Source: Yuukianura sp. NJ FZ-2021 | Taxonomy: Eukaryota | Direction: 5' to 3' | DNA length: 64,000 bases | Assembly: GCA_046563655.1 (NCBI GenBank) | Contig: CM102285.1 | Coordinates: 13,268,001 to 13,332,000, forward strand | Shown: positions 26,001-41,000 of the stretch, piece after piece | Layout of the letters: every line of letters starts with the position of its first letter | How positions within the stretch are numbered: the stretch's first letter is position 1 | Program-made: the position numbers and the translations under genes | Notes under the pieces: model-generated | The model's input: the letters and a program-made list of their open reading frames with translations, nothing else | Told to the model about the DNA's origin: nothing | The model's database searches: none

Positions 26001-29000
26001 GATGCTCATTAGACAGCGAGAGAAAGTTGGGGAAAGTGTGACAGGAGGCGATGAGTCAAGGGAGGAGGGAGTAACTAATCTGAGGAGACAGTCCCTCCAA
26101 ATTACCTTCTTCCAAGTTAGGCTATGTTGGGAAAGTCTCATTAGGAGTGAAGTACAAGGCGTAGAAGGGGAAAGTTAGTTTAATCTGATGAGAGAAATTA
26201 GTAAAGCATTACACGCTGAGTCTTCTTCCAAGTTAAAGTCATTTGGCTTAGAGGAAGCGGAGAAAAGTCTAATGAGATCTTCTGGGAAGGAAGAATCTAA
26301 GGAAGAAAGTCTTCTGCAGAAACTAATCAGCAGATCGCTTTTGCTTAAAATTCTCATCACCGTCTTCCGCCTTTCCCTTCTGCCTTAATCCCAAGGTTTA
26401 CGAGTTTAATAAAACTAATTTGGAAATTAAGTTTACTTAACGAGGTACAACTTTACACGAAAACAAATTTTCGTCTAAGTCATGGCTACTTTCTACGACA
26501 TTTAGGCAGTGGGCGAAGTTAAACATAAATACAACAACAAAAAATCGGAGTGCGAATAACGTTTCTCGAACCGCAGTTTTTCATTCAACTTGACATTTCT
26601 TTTAAATTTTCAAACTCAATTGAATTGATGCTTAGGAAAAATCTAGAAATGAAAATTTGCCTAAAAAAAGTTGCAAATGCATATTGCATTGCAATGTACG
26701 GACCATAAAACTTGTATTAAAAGTTAGAGTTTGGAGAAAGTTCAGCTGTTTTAACACAAAAATACTAAATACAATTAAACAAACCTTTTTAACTGGTGTC
26801 TGAATACTAATTAACTAACTTTATACTAACCGTATAACCGGTATTTACCGTAGTGATTTTCACTTGAACGATTAACGTCTAAAATCAATCTCCCTCTTTG
26901 CACAGTGAATTTGATCTAAGCGTGTGGGATTTAGTTTTTTGAATTTTATGTTAAGAGGGAGCCCAAATTCCCGCTTTTATCTGAACACGGATCCGAACAT
27001 GGCCGTGTTCAGCGTTATTGCTGAAATTCAATACAGGATCAGCATATACCGAATGAATAGAAGGATCGATCGAAACCCTTTGCATTTAAAAAGTTTCACA
27101 ATCAATTCAGCCAAGGGCCCTTATAAAAAATATTTTGTCCCGAGGTCACACATTCACATTTTACATTTCTAAGGGTCCCTTAAGGGAACAAAAAGAAACG
27201 AAATGTTCAGAAGTAGATGCGGTGCAGCAATTCTATGAATTCCAGCTTCCACATTTTGATTTTCGGTTGCTAAATAATCGTTAAGTTCAGGCAAAAAATA
27301 AACCAAAGCCACCGAACCTTCAGTTTCGTTTTTTATGACACTTTTTTCTGTTCTTATAAAAAACTAAACTACTATTGTGTCATTTTTTGCATAAGAAAAA
27401 AGTAGGGCCCTTTGAACCTTGGCACGAGTGTAAAAAATTTAAGGGCTCCTCTCACCTCTTACTAGGTTCTAAGGGTACCAGCTGAACGTCCCTTTTTCAG
27501 AATTCTGAATAGGAATTTTGTCAATGTATTCTTTTGAATTTCAAAATTCGGATGAGGAGTCCTTTGGCAGAACAATAATTAAGGTGCCCTTAGACCAGAG
27601 CCTGAGGTCCCTTCAAGGTCTCATTACCATCTCATCACAACTTTTTTGTTAGGAAAGGGCGAAGCCGAGACATTTTTTGTAATAACTTTTGAGTTATGAA
27701 CCTAGGCGGGTATTATTTAAAAGAAAAAACCGAAAAGCGGGTTTCCTGTCCCGGTTTTTTGTCCATCCGCCGTAGTTACTACTTAGCATAAGGGATGGAC
27801 CTAAATGTAAATCAGATTAGAAGCGCTTAGCTCTTTCTGGTCGAGAGACGAACAAGAAAGTTGGCGTGCTTCATTTTTTTTTTCTTCTTAGAAAGAAAAT
27901 TTCTTCTTTGGGAATGGAAAAGCGTGTGGGCGACGGCACGACGGAAGATGGTACGCCAGAGATTAGATGAAAGTAGGAAAGCATAATTTTACATGTTATT
28001 AGCAGAGAGAAAGTCGCGGGAAAAAATAACATTTTCATGCAAAAGCTTTTCCCTATTATTCTCAAATGTAATAAACGAAATTTCTAAAAAGTTCCAAGTC
28101 TCTCGTCTCGCTTCTTTTTTCTCATTCGGACCATGTCGCATTTTTCTGAACCAAAAAAATTAATGGCTCTCCACTTTCTCCCTTTTTCATTTTTCATGTA
28201 ATTCAAATTTTCTCTGTATGTAATTCTTAAAAATGTGAACGAATAATTTGGAAAACTAATTTGAAATAGTACTTGGAAATTTTTCTAAATTTCAAAGTAA
28301 GCCTTAGAAAGTTTTTGATTTTTTGTGACCGTAAAATGAGTGCGGCTGAATTCAATTTTTTCTGAAGCCGAATTTTTTTAATTTTCGCATTATGGTTGAA
28401 TGTGAACTGAAAAAATTTGGAACAGGAAAAAAAATTATTAAGAAAAGTAATTTCACCATTGAGGGTAGGGAGAAAGTGGTAAAAGCGCAGAATAAATATA
28501 ACACTTCCCCAGAAGCATAAAACGGAGTGAGAAGGCTCCAAGTTCGGAAGGAATTAAATTAAATTAAAGGCGCGAAAAGTAAAATTAAACAGCGAAGTAG
28601 GAGGAAAGCGGAGGACTTTCACTTTTATGACATTTTACGACCCACTGTGTATGAAAACTACACGAAATCCATGAAACCAAAATATATCATCATTAAAATT
28701 TTAATCAAAGGACTTTTCCCGCCTCCCTCCGAGCTTCCTCTCCTCCTGTTTAACAATTTCAACAAAATGAATCTTTTGAAGTTAAAAGAAAGAAAAGGAA
28801 ATGGGCGCGGTGAAAGTTTAAACAGAGCACAGCGGAAGAAGAAAGTTTTAATTTCTATTCCGCCGGATGGAGACTCATAACAATAAAAAATAATTCTTTC
28901 CTCCTCCTTTCCTCACTTGAGAAAAAGCAGAGAAAGTTTTTAATAGATGGGCAACAAAACTGTGATTAAAAAAAGTTTTTCAAAAACGAAAGTTCTGCTC

Positions 29001-32000
29001 TCTCCAAAGTGTATATTTTCCTCCATTAATTTGAATCCATTAGCATTTTCCTTCTCTAAGCTTTTTCAAGAGAAAGGGGACTTTCTCTACTCTTTTTGAA
29101 AGAAAAAAAATCCAAAGAGGGTAAAAGTTTGAAGATCAAAACTTTTTTCTTTTCTTTTTCAAAAAATCGAGTCTTCTCTCGACTGAAGCGGTTCTTTTGT
29201 ATAAGTTTACAAAGTCCTGGATTTTTTTTTGATTCATGCTTTCACTGCTCCCTCAGTTTGGACCATTTTCTTTTGCACTACTGCTTAACTACGATGATCG
29301 TCATGAGGGTTGGTGCTCGCTGCTTTGGATTTTTATGAGCCCGCGTTTATTTTTGGTTATCAGGAACTTTCCTTCCCATTGAACTCTCTGCTATGTCTCC
29401 CCTCGTCTTAGAAACTAAAAATCTTAAGCGAAAAAAAGACCCGGGACATTTTTTTGTTAGTAAAGCTTCACTGGAGATCAATTTCCTTTGGCCAAACAAA
29501 ACGAAGTTTCTGCTGGCCAATTGCCCTGCCCAGTTGATTCCCTTGGCATGGGAAATAAAAATCAACATTTCTCTCACTACTTTTTCTAAGTTTACGAACA
29601 GAACAGCAGCACAGAAGAACATTAATTTCACTGCTGCTTCTGGAAGGGGAAAAAAGCCTATCGATTTTCCATACTAAAACAAATGACGACGACCATGTTG
29701 TTTGTCCCCTTCTCTCGTCTTCCATTACAAAATTAACTGAATTTTTCAAATCGTTAGTACGCCTACGACAGACTATACTTTCAAATCACCTAAACTTGTC
29801 TTTCTCATAGACTTTTATAGTCGTCGGTAGTACAATTACTACTAGTTAACAATTTTTGTTAGGTTAAACTAACTTTTAAGTTTTAACCGACTAAGTTTTA
29901 GCATTAACTACCAACTCTCTTAAGTTATGCTAGTTAGATTAGAAATTTTCGTGAGCTATGTTTTGAGAAATGTTAACTTTAATTGTAGTTTTGATTCTGT
30001 AATTTGTAGATTTCTAAAGTTTGACTAGGTTGATTAAATGTGATTCTGTTAGGGTAGCTATCTTATGTTACGAAAAGTCTGATTGGATATAATTTTGTTA
30101 CTTTTTCCAAGATGCATTAGGTTAGGTGTGATGATTTGGGGATTAAGAGAAATGGAGAAAGCTTTTTCTAGAAGAAAGTGATTTGGGAAGAGTAGACGTA
30201 AAAAAGGCAATTATTTATCGGCCTTTAAACCTGTCTTTCCATTAGATGAGTTTTCTAGAATCTAGTTCTAAATTCCAGTTCGAGGGTTTATGGCCCCCTT
30301 ACAACCGCTGGAAGAGGGACAAAGTTACTTTGGCACTTTGCGTTTATCATATTGACGGAAGAGAAAGTTGTGCTAGGAAGAAACGGACGAGTCTTAATCC
30401 ATTACTTACCAGAACCAGCTCCAGTTCCCGCCATTCCCTCACTGCATTTTTCTAGTCAATGAAATTCCGCTTTCTCTGCACAGAAAACTCCCAAAGAGGA
30501 TCAGGAATCTCAATAAATTAAAAGCGAGAGCCGAAGAAGAAGCGCCATTTCCACTGAAATTGCACCAATCAATCCTCCCACTAAAGTATTTTCAAAGAAA
30601 AAAAGAGAGTAGAGAGAAAGTTTGGAAATTAAGAACCTCATTTTCAATTTCAAGGATCGAATTTCCAACTTCTTTTTTTTATACTTTCCAAGAAAAAGTG
30701 AAAGTTAGTCAAAGTCTTGCTACTTTTTTTACTAGCAAAATTCTTTTGAACGTAAAAAAAAATAATTAAACTTTTAGTTATTAAAAGTTCCTAGAAAAAG
30801 TCTAGGCTGCTTTCTCTCCTGCTTTCCTTTTCAGAAAAGTTGCATTTTGAAAAAGGCCGGTTCTTGAAAATTAGAAATTTGATTTTTGTGTAGTTAAATT
30901 GAATTTTCGTGCTATTTACCTCACTATCTCTCCCTCCGTTCTTTTTATAACTTCAAATTCCAATTCCCTTTAATTAAATTCTTGTTGCCTTTCTAGCTTA
31001 CTGAAAGTTTCACAACTAAAAAAAATTAAAGTGGTTCAAAACTTCTTTTCTGCGAGAAAAAAAGCACTCGGAAGACGAAAGTGGAAGAGAACCCAAGTAC
31101 TTCTGGAAACTTTTTCATTAAGTTCTTTCATTATGTAAAAGCACAGGATAGGCGAGAGGAAAAAAAGTAATTCCAAGGAATTTATAGTCATTTTCTCTCT
31201 ACTTTGGGTTCCCTCTTCCCGAAATTTGTTAATTAAATTGTAATTGTGTTTATCCTGGAGAAGAATTCCAGGAGAAATTAGATTCTCAAAGGATTCCAGT
31301 GGCAGTAGAATTTGTAATTCCTTTAAAGTGAAATGGAAATGGACGCGTGTGTGGATATGGGGGTCCAAACAGTTGTGGAAGGGCGGAGGGAAGTGTTTAA
31401 TGAATATGGTTTTGGGTAGAAAGTGAGGCTGGGCGGAACTCATCAAGAGAAAGTCACCCGCTTTAGCCCAAGTGGGAGTCACTTTCCCTTGGAAAACAAA
31501 ATGGCCTCCGCTCATTATCCTCCCACTGAAGTCGATAGTCCCGTTGGACGCAAACTGACGTAAGTCCAAAAAAACTAACTTTTTATATTATTCAAATTAC
31601 ATCAAACTGAATTGTGCGAAATTCAATTTAAAAAATGACAAATTTTCTGAAATGTTCCAAATTCAACATTTCTCCGTAGCCAAAAAAACGAAATCTCAAC
31701 AACGAGCAATAACCTATAATTATTTAGTTTTCAATGAAAATAAAATTTCTTAATGAAAGTTTACTTTTTCTTGTTATTACAGTTACATTTGTTTTAGTTT
31801 TCAAAAAACGCCTTTACAAAAATGTTCCGTGTTAAAAATTTTGAGTTTACATTTCACTTGTATTTGAAATTATGTTTCAGTTTTTTTTTTTTACAAAATC
31901 GTGTATCAATCGTGAAAGAGCAATCGCAAATTCAAATTAAGAGCGAAAGTCTACTTTCCCTTTTTGAACAAGTTCTAGCTGTTGAACTAACCGCGTTGAT

Positions 32001-35000
32001 TTTTTTTCTTGAAAATTTGAAAAGAGTTTGAAAAAAAAATCAAACAAGGACTGAAACTTGCTTGTAATTGTCCTATTATAACAAGACGATTTTGTTTACC
32101 CTACCGAAAGTCATCTTGTGTTCACTCCCTGCCTAAAACTTCTTTTGTTCCTGGCGCGTGTCGAGAACGAAAAGCTATTTAATTAAAAAGATCATCCTGA
32201 AGAAGACAAGCTGATCTCCATATTCCTGTGTTGGTCCAGAGACAGATCTCATTTGGGATGCTGGAGATGAAGGGAACTTTTATTACTGGGAGATGACAGT
32301 TCCCTTGCAAAGGCTCTTCTGTTATGACTCTTCAGAGAAAGGGCTCTCTCAGACACCTTTGCATTTGAAATGAGGGTTATAAAACATTAAATTAGATGGA
32401 AAGTAAATGAAGAGACATGGAGGAACAAAGTTCATTTAAGGACCAAGGGAGGAGCCCTTCCAAGACACGAGATGATTCTTATGTTGATGAGGAAGGGAAG
32501 GGGCCATTACAATGCAAAGTGGATCCTCCGTGAGCACGAGGACAAAAAAACTGAAAAATCGGAGGAAAACATCTTTCTCATTTAAAATCGTCTTTGCTTA
32601 ACCAGGTCCTAGTTTCCATCCCCTGTTTGTTTTCATTCAAGTGTAAGGAAAATTAAGGATAGAAAATAGGAAAGGCTGAGGAGATTAAAGACGTCTTTGG
32701 AGATTTCTCCAGCAGCTTTTCTAACGTTAAAGTTGCCTAACTTTACCCTGGACGAAACATTTGTTTACATTACGCTCCAGAAAATCCAGATTTATGAGAC
32801 ACTGCTAACAGAGATTCCTTAACTAAACAACTAAGTAGGACGAAACGGAGGTTTTCCGGGAACTAAACTACCAAATTTGTGCTTGTCCTGGAGAAAGCAG
32901 TTAATTAGGAACAGCGAAGACTTGTTTTCGGAAATGAATCTCTGGAGAAAGTTCCGACATTTTTCAAAAAGAAAAAAAGAGCTATGAAATTGCTGCAAAA
33001 TATCAAACAATTTCTAGTCAAATTCTAAATTCTTGCTGCTAAAAAGTCAAAAGATCTTCGCCAGAAAAGGTTGATAAAAATTTCTTGTTAAACTTTTCAT
33101 TAGTTTCGTACAGTTACGTTTTCATTATCGGTTTTTGTAGGCTTATCGTTTTTTTAGCTCTGAATTTTTTCTTGTATAAAAAAATGTAATTTTCTTAAGT
33201 CGAGGGTGGGAACAAATTAAAATGGGGAGAGGGGTAGCAATTTACTTTTAGTAGAATAGGGCCGTTTACTTTGTTATTTGAGTCAGGTAGCAAACGGAAA
33301 GCGAGAGAGGAGGCCAATATCCTTAATTTCCGCTGAGACTTAAGTGAGCCCGGTCTTAAACTAAAGAAAAACCCGGAGAAAGTCGACTAGGGATCTTTCC
33401 GCTTCTTTTTTTCGAACATGGTTTTAATTGAAGTGCTTTTGGGGCTGGAGAGTCTCTTTGGACAGCCGTGGAGGGAGTAACTATGGCCGAAAGATAAAAG
33501 AAAGCGGAAGGAAATCCCTCTCGTAAACAACTGACAGTTAATTAACTTTCTCCGCAGTAGCACAACTAAGCACAAATTTCTTTTTGGAACAAAGTGCTTT
33601 CTCCGCCTCTATTGAATTAACAGAACCCAAATTAGTTTCTTCCGCCAAACATCTTAAAAGAAAACGTCCAAAAAGAACCTTCAAAGTCACTTACTTCTTT
33701 AGTGTGTTCAATTTTTGGTGGCTAAAGTGATCCTGTTCTTTCTTCATCTTTTGCAGAACACAGAAAAAGCTTACTTATTCTTGCACAAAGTAGCAAAAGG
33801 GAACTGAAGGGCCCTGGAGCCTTGGAGCTCACGAGAAACTGAAATTAAGGGCCTCTAGGTTTGGTTTAGGTAGAGTGAGCTCCCTTGAAACAGTTTTTTA
33901 TGAATCAATTTTTTTTTGCATCCTGTGATATAAAAAATGATACATGAAAAAAACCGAAGCGGGTACTTTTTTTTGAAATAAACGTTAGGCCAAAGGGGAC
34001 CCTTCGATTCTATGCATTGAACAATGAACAAGGTTCAGCAAAAAATGGCTCCCATGCAATTTTTTATAAGCACAGATTGAACACAACATTTTTAAATTCA
34101 GTTTTTCAGTATTGTAAATAATTTTAATTAACTAAAAGTTAACTAATTAACTAAGAATTAACAATTTTTATTATAAATTTAAAATTTTATGTATACTTAT
34201 GTATTCAAACAAATAAGACCTCAATACAATTCCCAAACTTCACATTGGTTTGAGCCTATTTTTAAAATGAAACGATGAAAAAATCAAAGGCGTGGGAATT
34301 GACTACAAGGCTTCTTTTTTTTCGAATTTGAAAAGAGATTGGAGACTCTAAAGAAGTTTTTCTATTTATTTTGTGGATCACAGGAGAGAGGACCCTTGGA
34401 TCGAAGGGGGATCGATTCCTAATTTGAATTTGAAGGGAATAATAATGTTATGTGAGAATAGATTCCAGCGAAATGGGAAAAAAGTTCTGGAAGCCTTAGC
34501 TTTTTTAAAAAAGGAAAAGAAATAGGAAATCCGTGTGAAAGGAAAGATCCAATTCCTCTGCACTTTCTTTTTTCTTCTGTTTTTTTTTCCAGGATTTGAG
34601 CTGTGAGATCAGTAGCACAAAGGAATCTCTCCCTTCTTTTTTTGAAGGGAGTAACTACAACTTTCGTCTTTAAAAGTTCATTGATTTCAATTTTTATTTA
34701 AAATATTCACCTTCTACTATGATTTCAAAAACTTGGCATTTTAAACAAGATCCAATAAAGTCAAATTTGGTTTAAGAGAGACTTTGACTGTTGAAGGACG
34801 TCAAAATTCAAATTTTTGAGTTTTTGTCCCTTGTGAATTTAATTTAAAATTTGGAAATTTTTGGGAAAGGAAGCGTTTTAAATGGGCCCATTTCCATTGT
34901 TTCCCTTCATAACTTTTTATGAATCTGATCTAAAAGAAGAGGGAGGAGGGTTAGATTTCTTATTTAAATCCTGCCCGGGAAAAGAAGCGTCTTTATAAAC

Positions 35001-38000
35001 CTCTTCCATTAGTTCCATTGTGCATAAGGGAATAAACCACTTAAGGACTTTAATCTCCAAAATGGATCCAAACCAACCTGCTGCCTCTGAGTCGTTTAGT
35101 TTACTACTTTTCAAAAAAATCTAAACAAGGCTCCATTTTTTGTAAACGTTCAACTGAACTATCATGCCTTGGTTTCATCTTGAATCGTCGAATCTGAATC
35201 CGAGAGAAACAAATTTCTGCTTTTCGAAATTTTTAAAACCACCGAGGTAAAAGTTTAGCTTAAACCCTTACCTTACCAAAATCTGAAAATCTGAAATTGC
35301 AAACGGTGAAAGTCCAGAGTTGCTGCTCCTACGTATTTTTTTTTTCGGAAAGTAAAAAATTGGATCATAATTTCTGATTTTGGGTGTGAAGGGGTGGGGG
35401 GAGACTTTAACTTGAAATTATTTGTGTCCAAGGGCTTCTGCTACTTTAGTTTTGGAAAGCAAAGCGGGAGTTATAGTCTCTGCTGAAGTTGGGGGAGGTT
35501 GGAAAGTAATGAAAGCAGGCGCGTTGAAGCCGAAGTCTCGTCTGCGCAATAAGAGGGAAGTGAGATCTAATCTCATTAGAACAAAAGGAGAAAGCTGGGG
35601 GAATAACGCCTAACCCTTGACGCCTCCTAACCTAACCCTCTCCTTGTGCCATACAGGGAACCATATGCTTCAAAAGTATCAAAATCCTACACAAATTATC
35701 TTATGGAAGACTAACTTATTTCTAACACGGACTGTTCACGGTGAAAGTCCAGGCAACATCATCGGGTAGCATTTTTGAAGACGGAGTTGGAAAGTTACAA
35801 AATTAACATTTTCAGTTAAAAAAAGAAGCAGTTTTTGAAAACAAGTTTGAAAAGAGAGTGACTTTGGTTATCTTGTGGACTGATAGGGAACATGACAGTT
35901 GATTCGAAGGAGTGGAAACAAGGAAGCGAGTGACTTGACACCCTTGACTCCTCTGTCCCTTTGTTTATTCGGAGGAAGTGAAAGTGATGGCCTCACTTTC
36001 ACTTAAACTTCACACAAAAGTCCATCTCCCTTCACTCACGCGATAAAAGACAAATGTCAGTGGGATACAAAGTCACTCAAAAATATTTTAGCCAATTAAA
36101 TGGGAATTCGAAGTTTGACTGTAGTTCACTGAAACCCGTATCGTTGTGATTCAGGAACAGTTTTGCCATATTTTGAATAAAATATTTTAATGTGTGAAGC
36201 ATACCTGAGAGCAAATCTGAGGCTGAGAGAAGCAAGTAGCGACATTACTCAGGGGTCCCTTTAAGGGTACCTCAACTCCAGTATTTTGAAACGGCTGACA
36301 GATGGCCTCGGTTTTCAAAATACTCACCGCCAATTTTATTCGATTATATAAATTTTGACTGTAAATTGACATAACATTGTATTTAGTATTTTAAATTGTA
36401 TAAAGGAAGTAACTAATTAAAATGGAATGACCTTGTACCGTAAATAGCGGGTTACGATTTTGAAGCGCTTTAACTGATTTTCTCTTATTAACGTCCTAAA
36501 ATGTAAGCAGTGAAACAGAACAAATGATAATTTCCTTGTGTTAGCTTTCTTAATATTTTTGAATTTGTATTGTACAGAAATAATTAGTTTGGATTTGAAA
36601 GTCGGTTTGTCCAACTTATCAAGTCGTTTTTTACCTTTCTCCAACTTTCACTTTACTTTGCCTCAGAGTTCCCGTTTGAAATCAGAGAGGGCACATGCGT
36701 TGCTCCATTTGGAGGCAACGAAGTAAGGAAGACTCATTTGAAAAGCTGAAAAAAAAACAGCAGTACAATCGCGCGGAATTATAATAATACATATATTATT
36801 TCATAATAAAACTAAAATAAATACAAATCCCAACCAGACAGATGACAGAACTGAACCACCTTTTGTAGCTAATACCATTCGTTGAATTAAAATCGAAGGA
36901 AAATGTCTTGAATGGAGTTGAAGTTTGCGAAACACACAATTTTTTGGGTTCCAATTCCAAACATTTTCCGGATTTTGATCATTTTAAGGTAACTGCGTTT
37001 TTATCTAAAAGTTACTGTATTTTCAACAATGACAGTTTCAGAAGTTAATAAGTACAGCTCTTTCACGATATCAACTACCACTAACCTTTGATTAAGTTAA
37101 TGGTAACTTTTTTGAACTTTGACGCTTCAATTGTTTGCAAAAGTGAATTAGTAATCTGAAATTGAATCAAAAGTTTGAAAGTAGCGGAAGGGATTAATGA
37201 GGAGAGACATTGTCAAGGGACAATTTAAAATTCATGGAACTTTCTCTGCAGTTTCCGTTAATCTCAGTAATAGCCAGATTCATTTCCTAATTAAGCTCCC
37301 TCTGACTAACTTAACCTTTGAATATGATTTCCTAACAAAATGAATGTTTCCTGATGAAACCTACTTGGTATGGACGTCCGCAACTCTCCTTTCTCTCAGC
37401 CTCGTTTCCTGCTTGTAATGAACCTGCTTAGGCCAAATACAAATGAACTTTTACTCATTTCTCACACTACACTGAACAATTAAAACGGAAGTGAGAGCAA
37501 GCGAACAAAAGATGAGTTGAGGGGACGCCCAGCATAACTTATGACTAATCTAACATTCCAAGAATTACTGGAAAGTTAATCAAAGTTCAGCATAGTTAAT
37601 TAAATAACTTTGTTGGTTACGTTTTGTATTAAAATTTAATGTGAAAGGTTAGGTTATGAATGGAACATTCCTGGCTGCTTTCCAATTCACTTGCTTTCTC
37701 TTTTTCCTCCTTCGGCCTGAGTTTGATGCCCTTCATTTTGAAATGTTTGGGTTGGAAGTTTTTTCGTTTGGTGAAATATTTGTAATCTGCCTGTCTCCTG
37801 CCTCTTGAGTCTCTGCCTGTCTCCTTTCTAAAGTTCGAATCCAATAATATTGGGGACTTTAAGTTATGGGCTTGTGATGATGTTGATATGGATGAGAGAC
37901 TTTGGAAGCAGAGAAGGAGAAAGTCGGAGATTAAAAATGTCATTTCTCCGTTTCATCTCCCTTCAACGAAGAAATAATTTCACAAGGAGATCAATAACTG

Positions 38001-41000
38001 ACTAACAGCAGTGGGAACCTGAGTTCCTTCTGCAACGAGTCCACCGACTCCATCAGCAGTCAACAAACGACTCTAAAATGAACCTGACATCCATAACCAA
38101 GCACCTCAGAGTGGGCCAGGTTCTTCTTCGAAATTGATATTCTGTTGACAGGTTTTAATGGACCAAAGCATCCATTTGCTTTCACTTTGGGCTTTTAGAA
38201 AATAAAAAATGACAACAAAAAATTCTGGTTAAATTGTACTTGGCAGTTTTAATTTTGGCACGGAGGGGGCCATTAATTTTAATTTTTTAGAAAGCGCGCT
38301 TTTTTGAATTTTTTTCGTTTGTGTAGAAGAGAGTCGTCTTGGCCTGGATCATCCGTCATGACAATAGATTCCAATTTCGAGAGAGCCAGTGACAGATTGG
38401 GAAGTGGTAGGATGTTCAAAGGGAATTGGTTCTGGAGGATCCCTTGGTCTTCTTCTGAGATGCAAATCAAAGGAGATGATGATGAAGTGGGTGAAAGGAA
38501 AGTGACCAAATCCTTCTGCACTGCTCCAAATGCTGGCAGTACTCCGCTGGACCGTGCATGGTCCTCCAGGACATCTTCTCCTGGTCCAAAGTCCTTTTGA
38601 CAAAGACACATTGTCGCATGAGTGGACTTTCTTCTTATGAAAAATTGAGCTCCCGTCCTCAGGCGTCCATGCATACGGAAATGAATCCGTAATTCCCCCG
38701 CTCTTCCTTCGTCTGATCACGGTATCCATTTTGTTTTTCAAAAAAAAAGTAGCACCTTTCAGTTGAAAAATTTCAAAAACTGAATTATAATAAAAAAAAA
38801 TTGGAAAAAACACAAAATAAACTCATGCACTAACATGAAATACAACTTCAACATGAAATGCGGAAATCTGAAGTTTAGTTTCAAAATAGATGGCAGAAAT
38901 CATAATTTTTATGAAGGAATCGAGGTTCGAGGAGGAGTTTTAAAATTCAAATTTCGAAAATTTCGAAAAAATTCTTGTTGCTAACCATTTCGTAATTTGT
39001 TAATTAACAAAATTATTAAAATTAAATACTCAGGCTAATAACTTGTTTAGTAGGTTGCATCTTTAAAAACCAATTTGTTTTTGAAAAAAATTTAAAGCGT
39101 GTAAAGAATCGTAACTTGAAAAAAATCGATGAAGGAGAAAGGCGTAGTGAAAGTGGTTGTTGTTGGAGAATATGCAGACGAAGTTAGTATTAGCAGCAAG
39201 CAAGTTCATGCTGGTGTGTGTTTGAAAAAAAAATTCAAGGAAAGTACTTTCTCCAAATGAGAAAACGGTGCTTGAAAAAAGTGTTTTCGTCCAGAGAGTC
39301 CAGTGAAGAAAAAAAAGCGCTTCGAGAGTCCACCGAACTTTCTTTCCCCAACTTAAAACTCAATTTTTTGCTTTTTCTAAAAATTCATTTCCATTTTGTA
39401 AGGCATGGATCAGTGCGTTTTGCCACTTTGCATCTCTACCTCTCTCTCTTGCAGCTTCCTTCATTTCCACTCCTGCCACTTCATCATTCCTTATCATCAG
39501 GAACCTAATGGAGAAAATATGGTTAGGCTAGGTTAGCTTGGAGGAGTGAAATATTACTGGACCATGGACAGTCCGCTGCTTTCTCCCCCTTCCAGAAATT
39601 CTAATTTCATGGAAATAAGCCCTTGGTCAGCAGTCAGCGACGGAGTCCAGGAACTTTCTTCTGGGAAAAAGCGGGAGAAAGTAAGATTCCATAACTCAAA
39701 AACTCATCTCCCGAATTGTCATCTTGTTAAGACGCCCAACTTGGCATCTAATTTCCTAGTGTCCCTTCCAGAAAATTTCATAGTGTCCGTTTCACAAGAA
39801 GTAAAAAAAGTATCCAGTCCTGTCCACTTGAATTTCCATTTCAACTTTTCAATTTTAATAAAATAGAAAAAGGGGGAGCGATTTTTTTTGAATTTCTTTT
39901 CGAAAAGTCTCTTGGCACGTGTAAGGAAATGGACGAAAGTATACAAAAGCTTCCGAATTTTGATACCCGCCTTTCTTTACTTCCACACTTCCTTGTCATT
40001 TGGACACAAACTCTAAACGTCTGGACATCTTATGAATACAAAAGTGTTTTCCCCGCCCCCATTTCGGCAAATAAATAGCCCCCTTCCACTTCGGAAGTTA
40101 AGAGGGAGCATGTCTGTGCATAAATACACCGTCATTAGGCAAAGAGGCCACTTAACACCTTCCGAAAATAACAAAAGCAAATGCATCTGCTTCGTTATTT
40201 TGAAAACTCTAATTGCATTGCCTTTGTTTCGCAAGAACAAGATGAAAATTCAGCTTCCGTCGGCTACTTTGACAAAGATTATCAACCAAGTTCATCTATT
40301 CTTGTGAATTCAAATTTTGAATTCATTAAATTCGAAAAAATTCAAATTCAAAAGTTGAAGTTTAAGGACAAGAACATTTCTGGTCCAGCAGGAGTCTTTT
40401 GAAGAGATTCAAAATTTAAATAATCAGGCTTAGGGTGAAGGAATTTGAAAAGATCTCAGATTCAACGCGTGCCGCTTGAAGATGTATTCAAAACAAAACA
40501 AAATGAAAAGAAGGGAGAGATGAAGCAGATGCTTAGTTTTTTACTCAAGATGAAGCGTCGAGAGCTCCAGCGATTAGTTTCTTGTTATTTGCCTAGACCA
40601 AGACTGCTTCTGCGTCGTGGAAATTTGGAAAATGAAAATTGAGCTGATGAAATGAAGAGGAAATTACAATGAGGTCTTTAGTGCTGCGATGTTTTGCAAT
40701 TTGCTGCTCATCAACTACGCGTCTAAGCTGTTCTTACGTTATGCGAGTTGCTTGGAGCTATGGAGGGAGTAACTATGGTGAAAGTTGGTCTTGGTTTAAT
40801 TTGGGCATGTAAATGCATTGGAGTTGACATCATTTGGGCTTGGGTGTAATGAAATGTTTGCCTATACACTTCGTCCATTAAGTCTTCCACCAAGTAATTG
40901 AATCTTCGTGCCTCATTTCCCACAGATCTTATTACGTGCTGCTCTCCAACCTTCATTTCATAAAATTTAGAACCATAAGACTCTCCTTCTGCTGCTCCTT

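Noticed and set aside
31036..31569. 177-aa minus-strand ORF
   Set aside because: Non-ATG start, Phe/Leu-rich composition typical of random AT-rich frames, no motifs or splice support.
35862..35873. CTTTGGTTATCT, similar to the 5' part of miR-9
   Set aside because: The match stops after 12 nt and there is no precursor hairpin.
38279..38813. Three overlapping ORFs of 98-154 aa
   Set aside because: No recognisable motifs and no consistent splice boundaries; explained by a locally GC-richer block.
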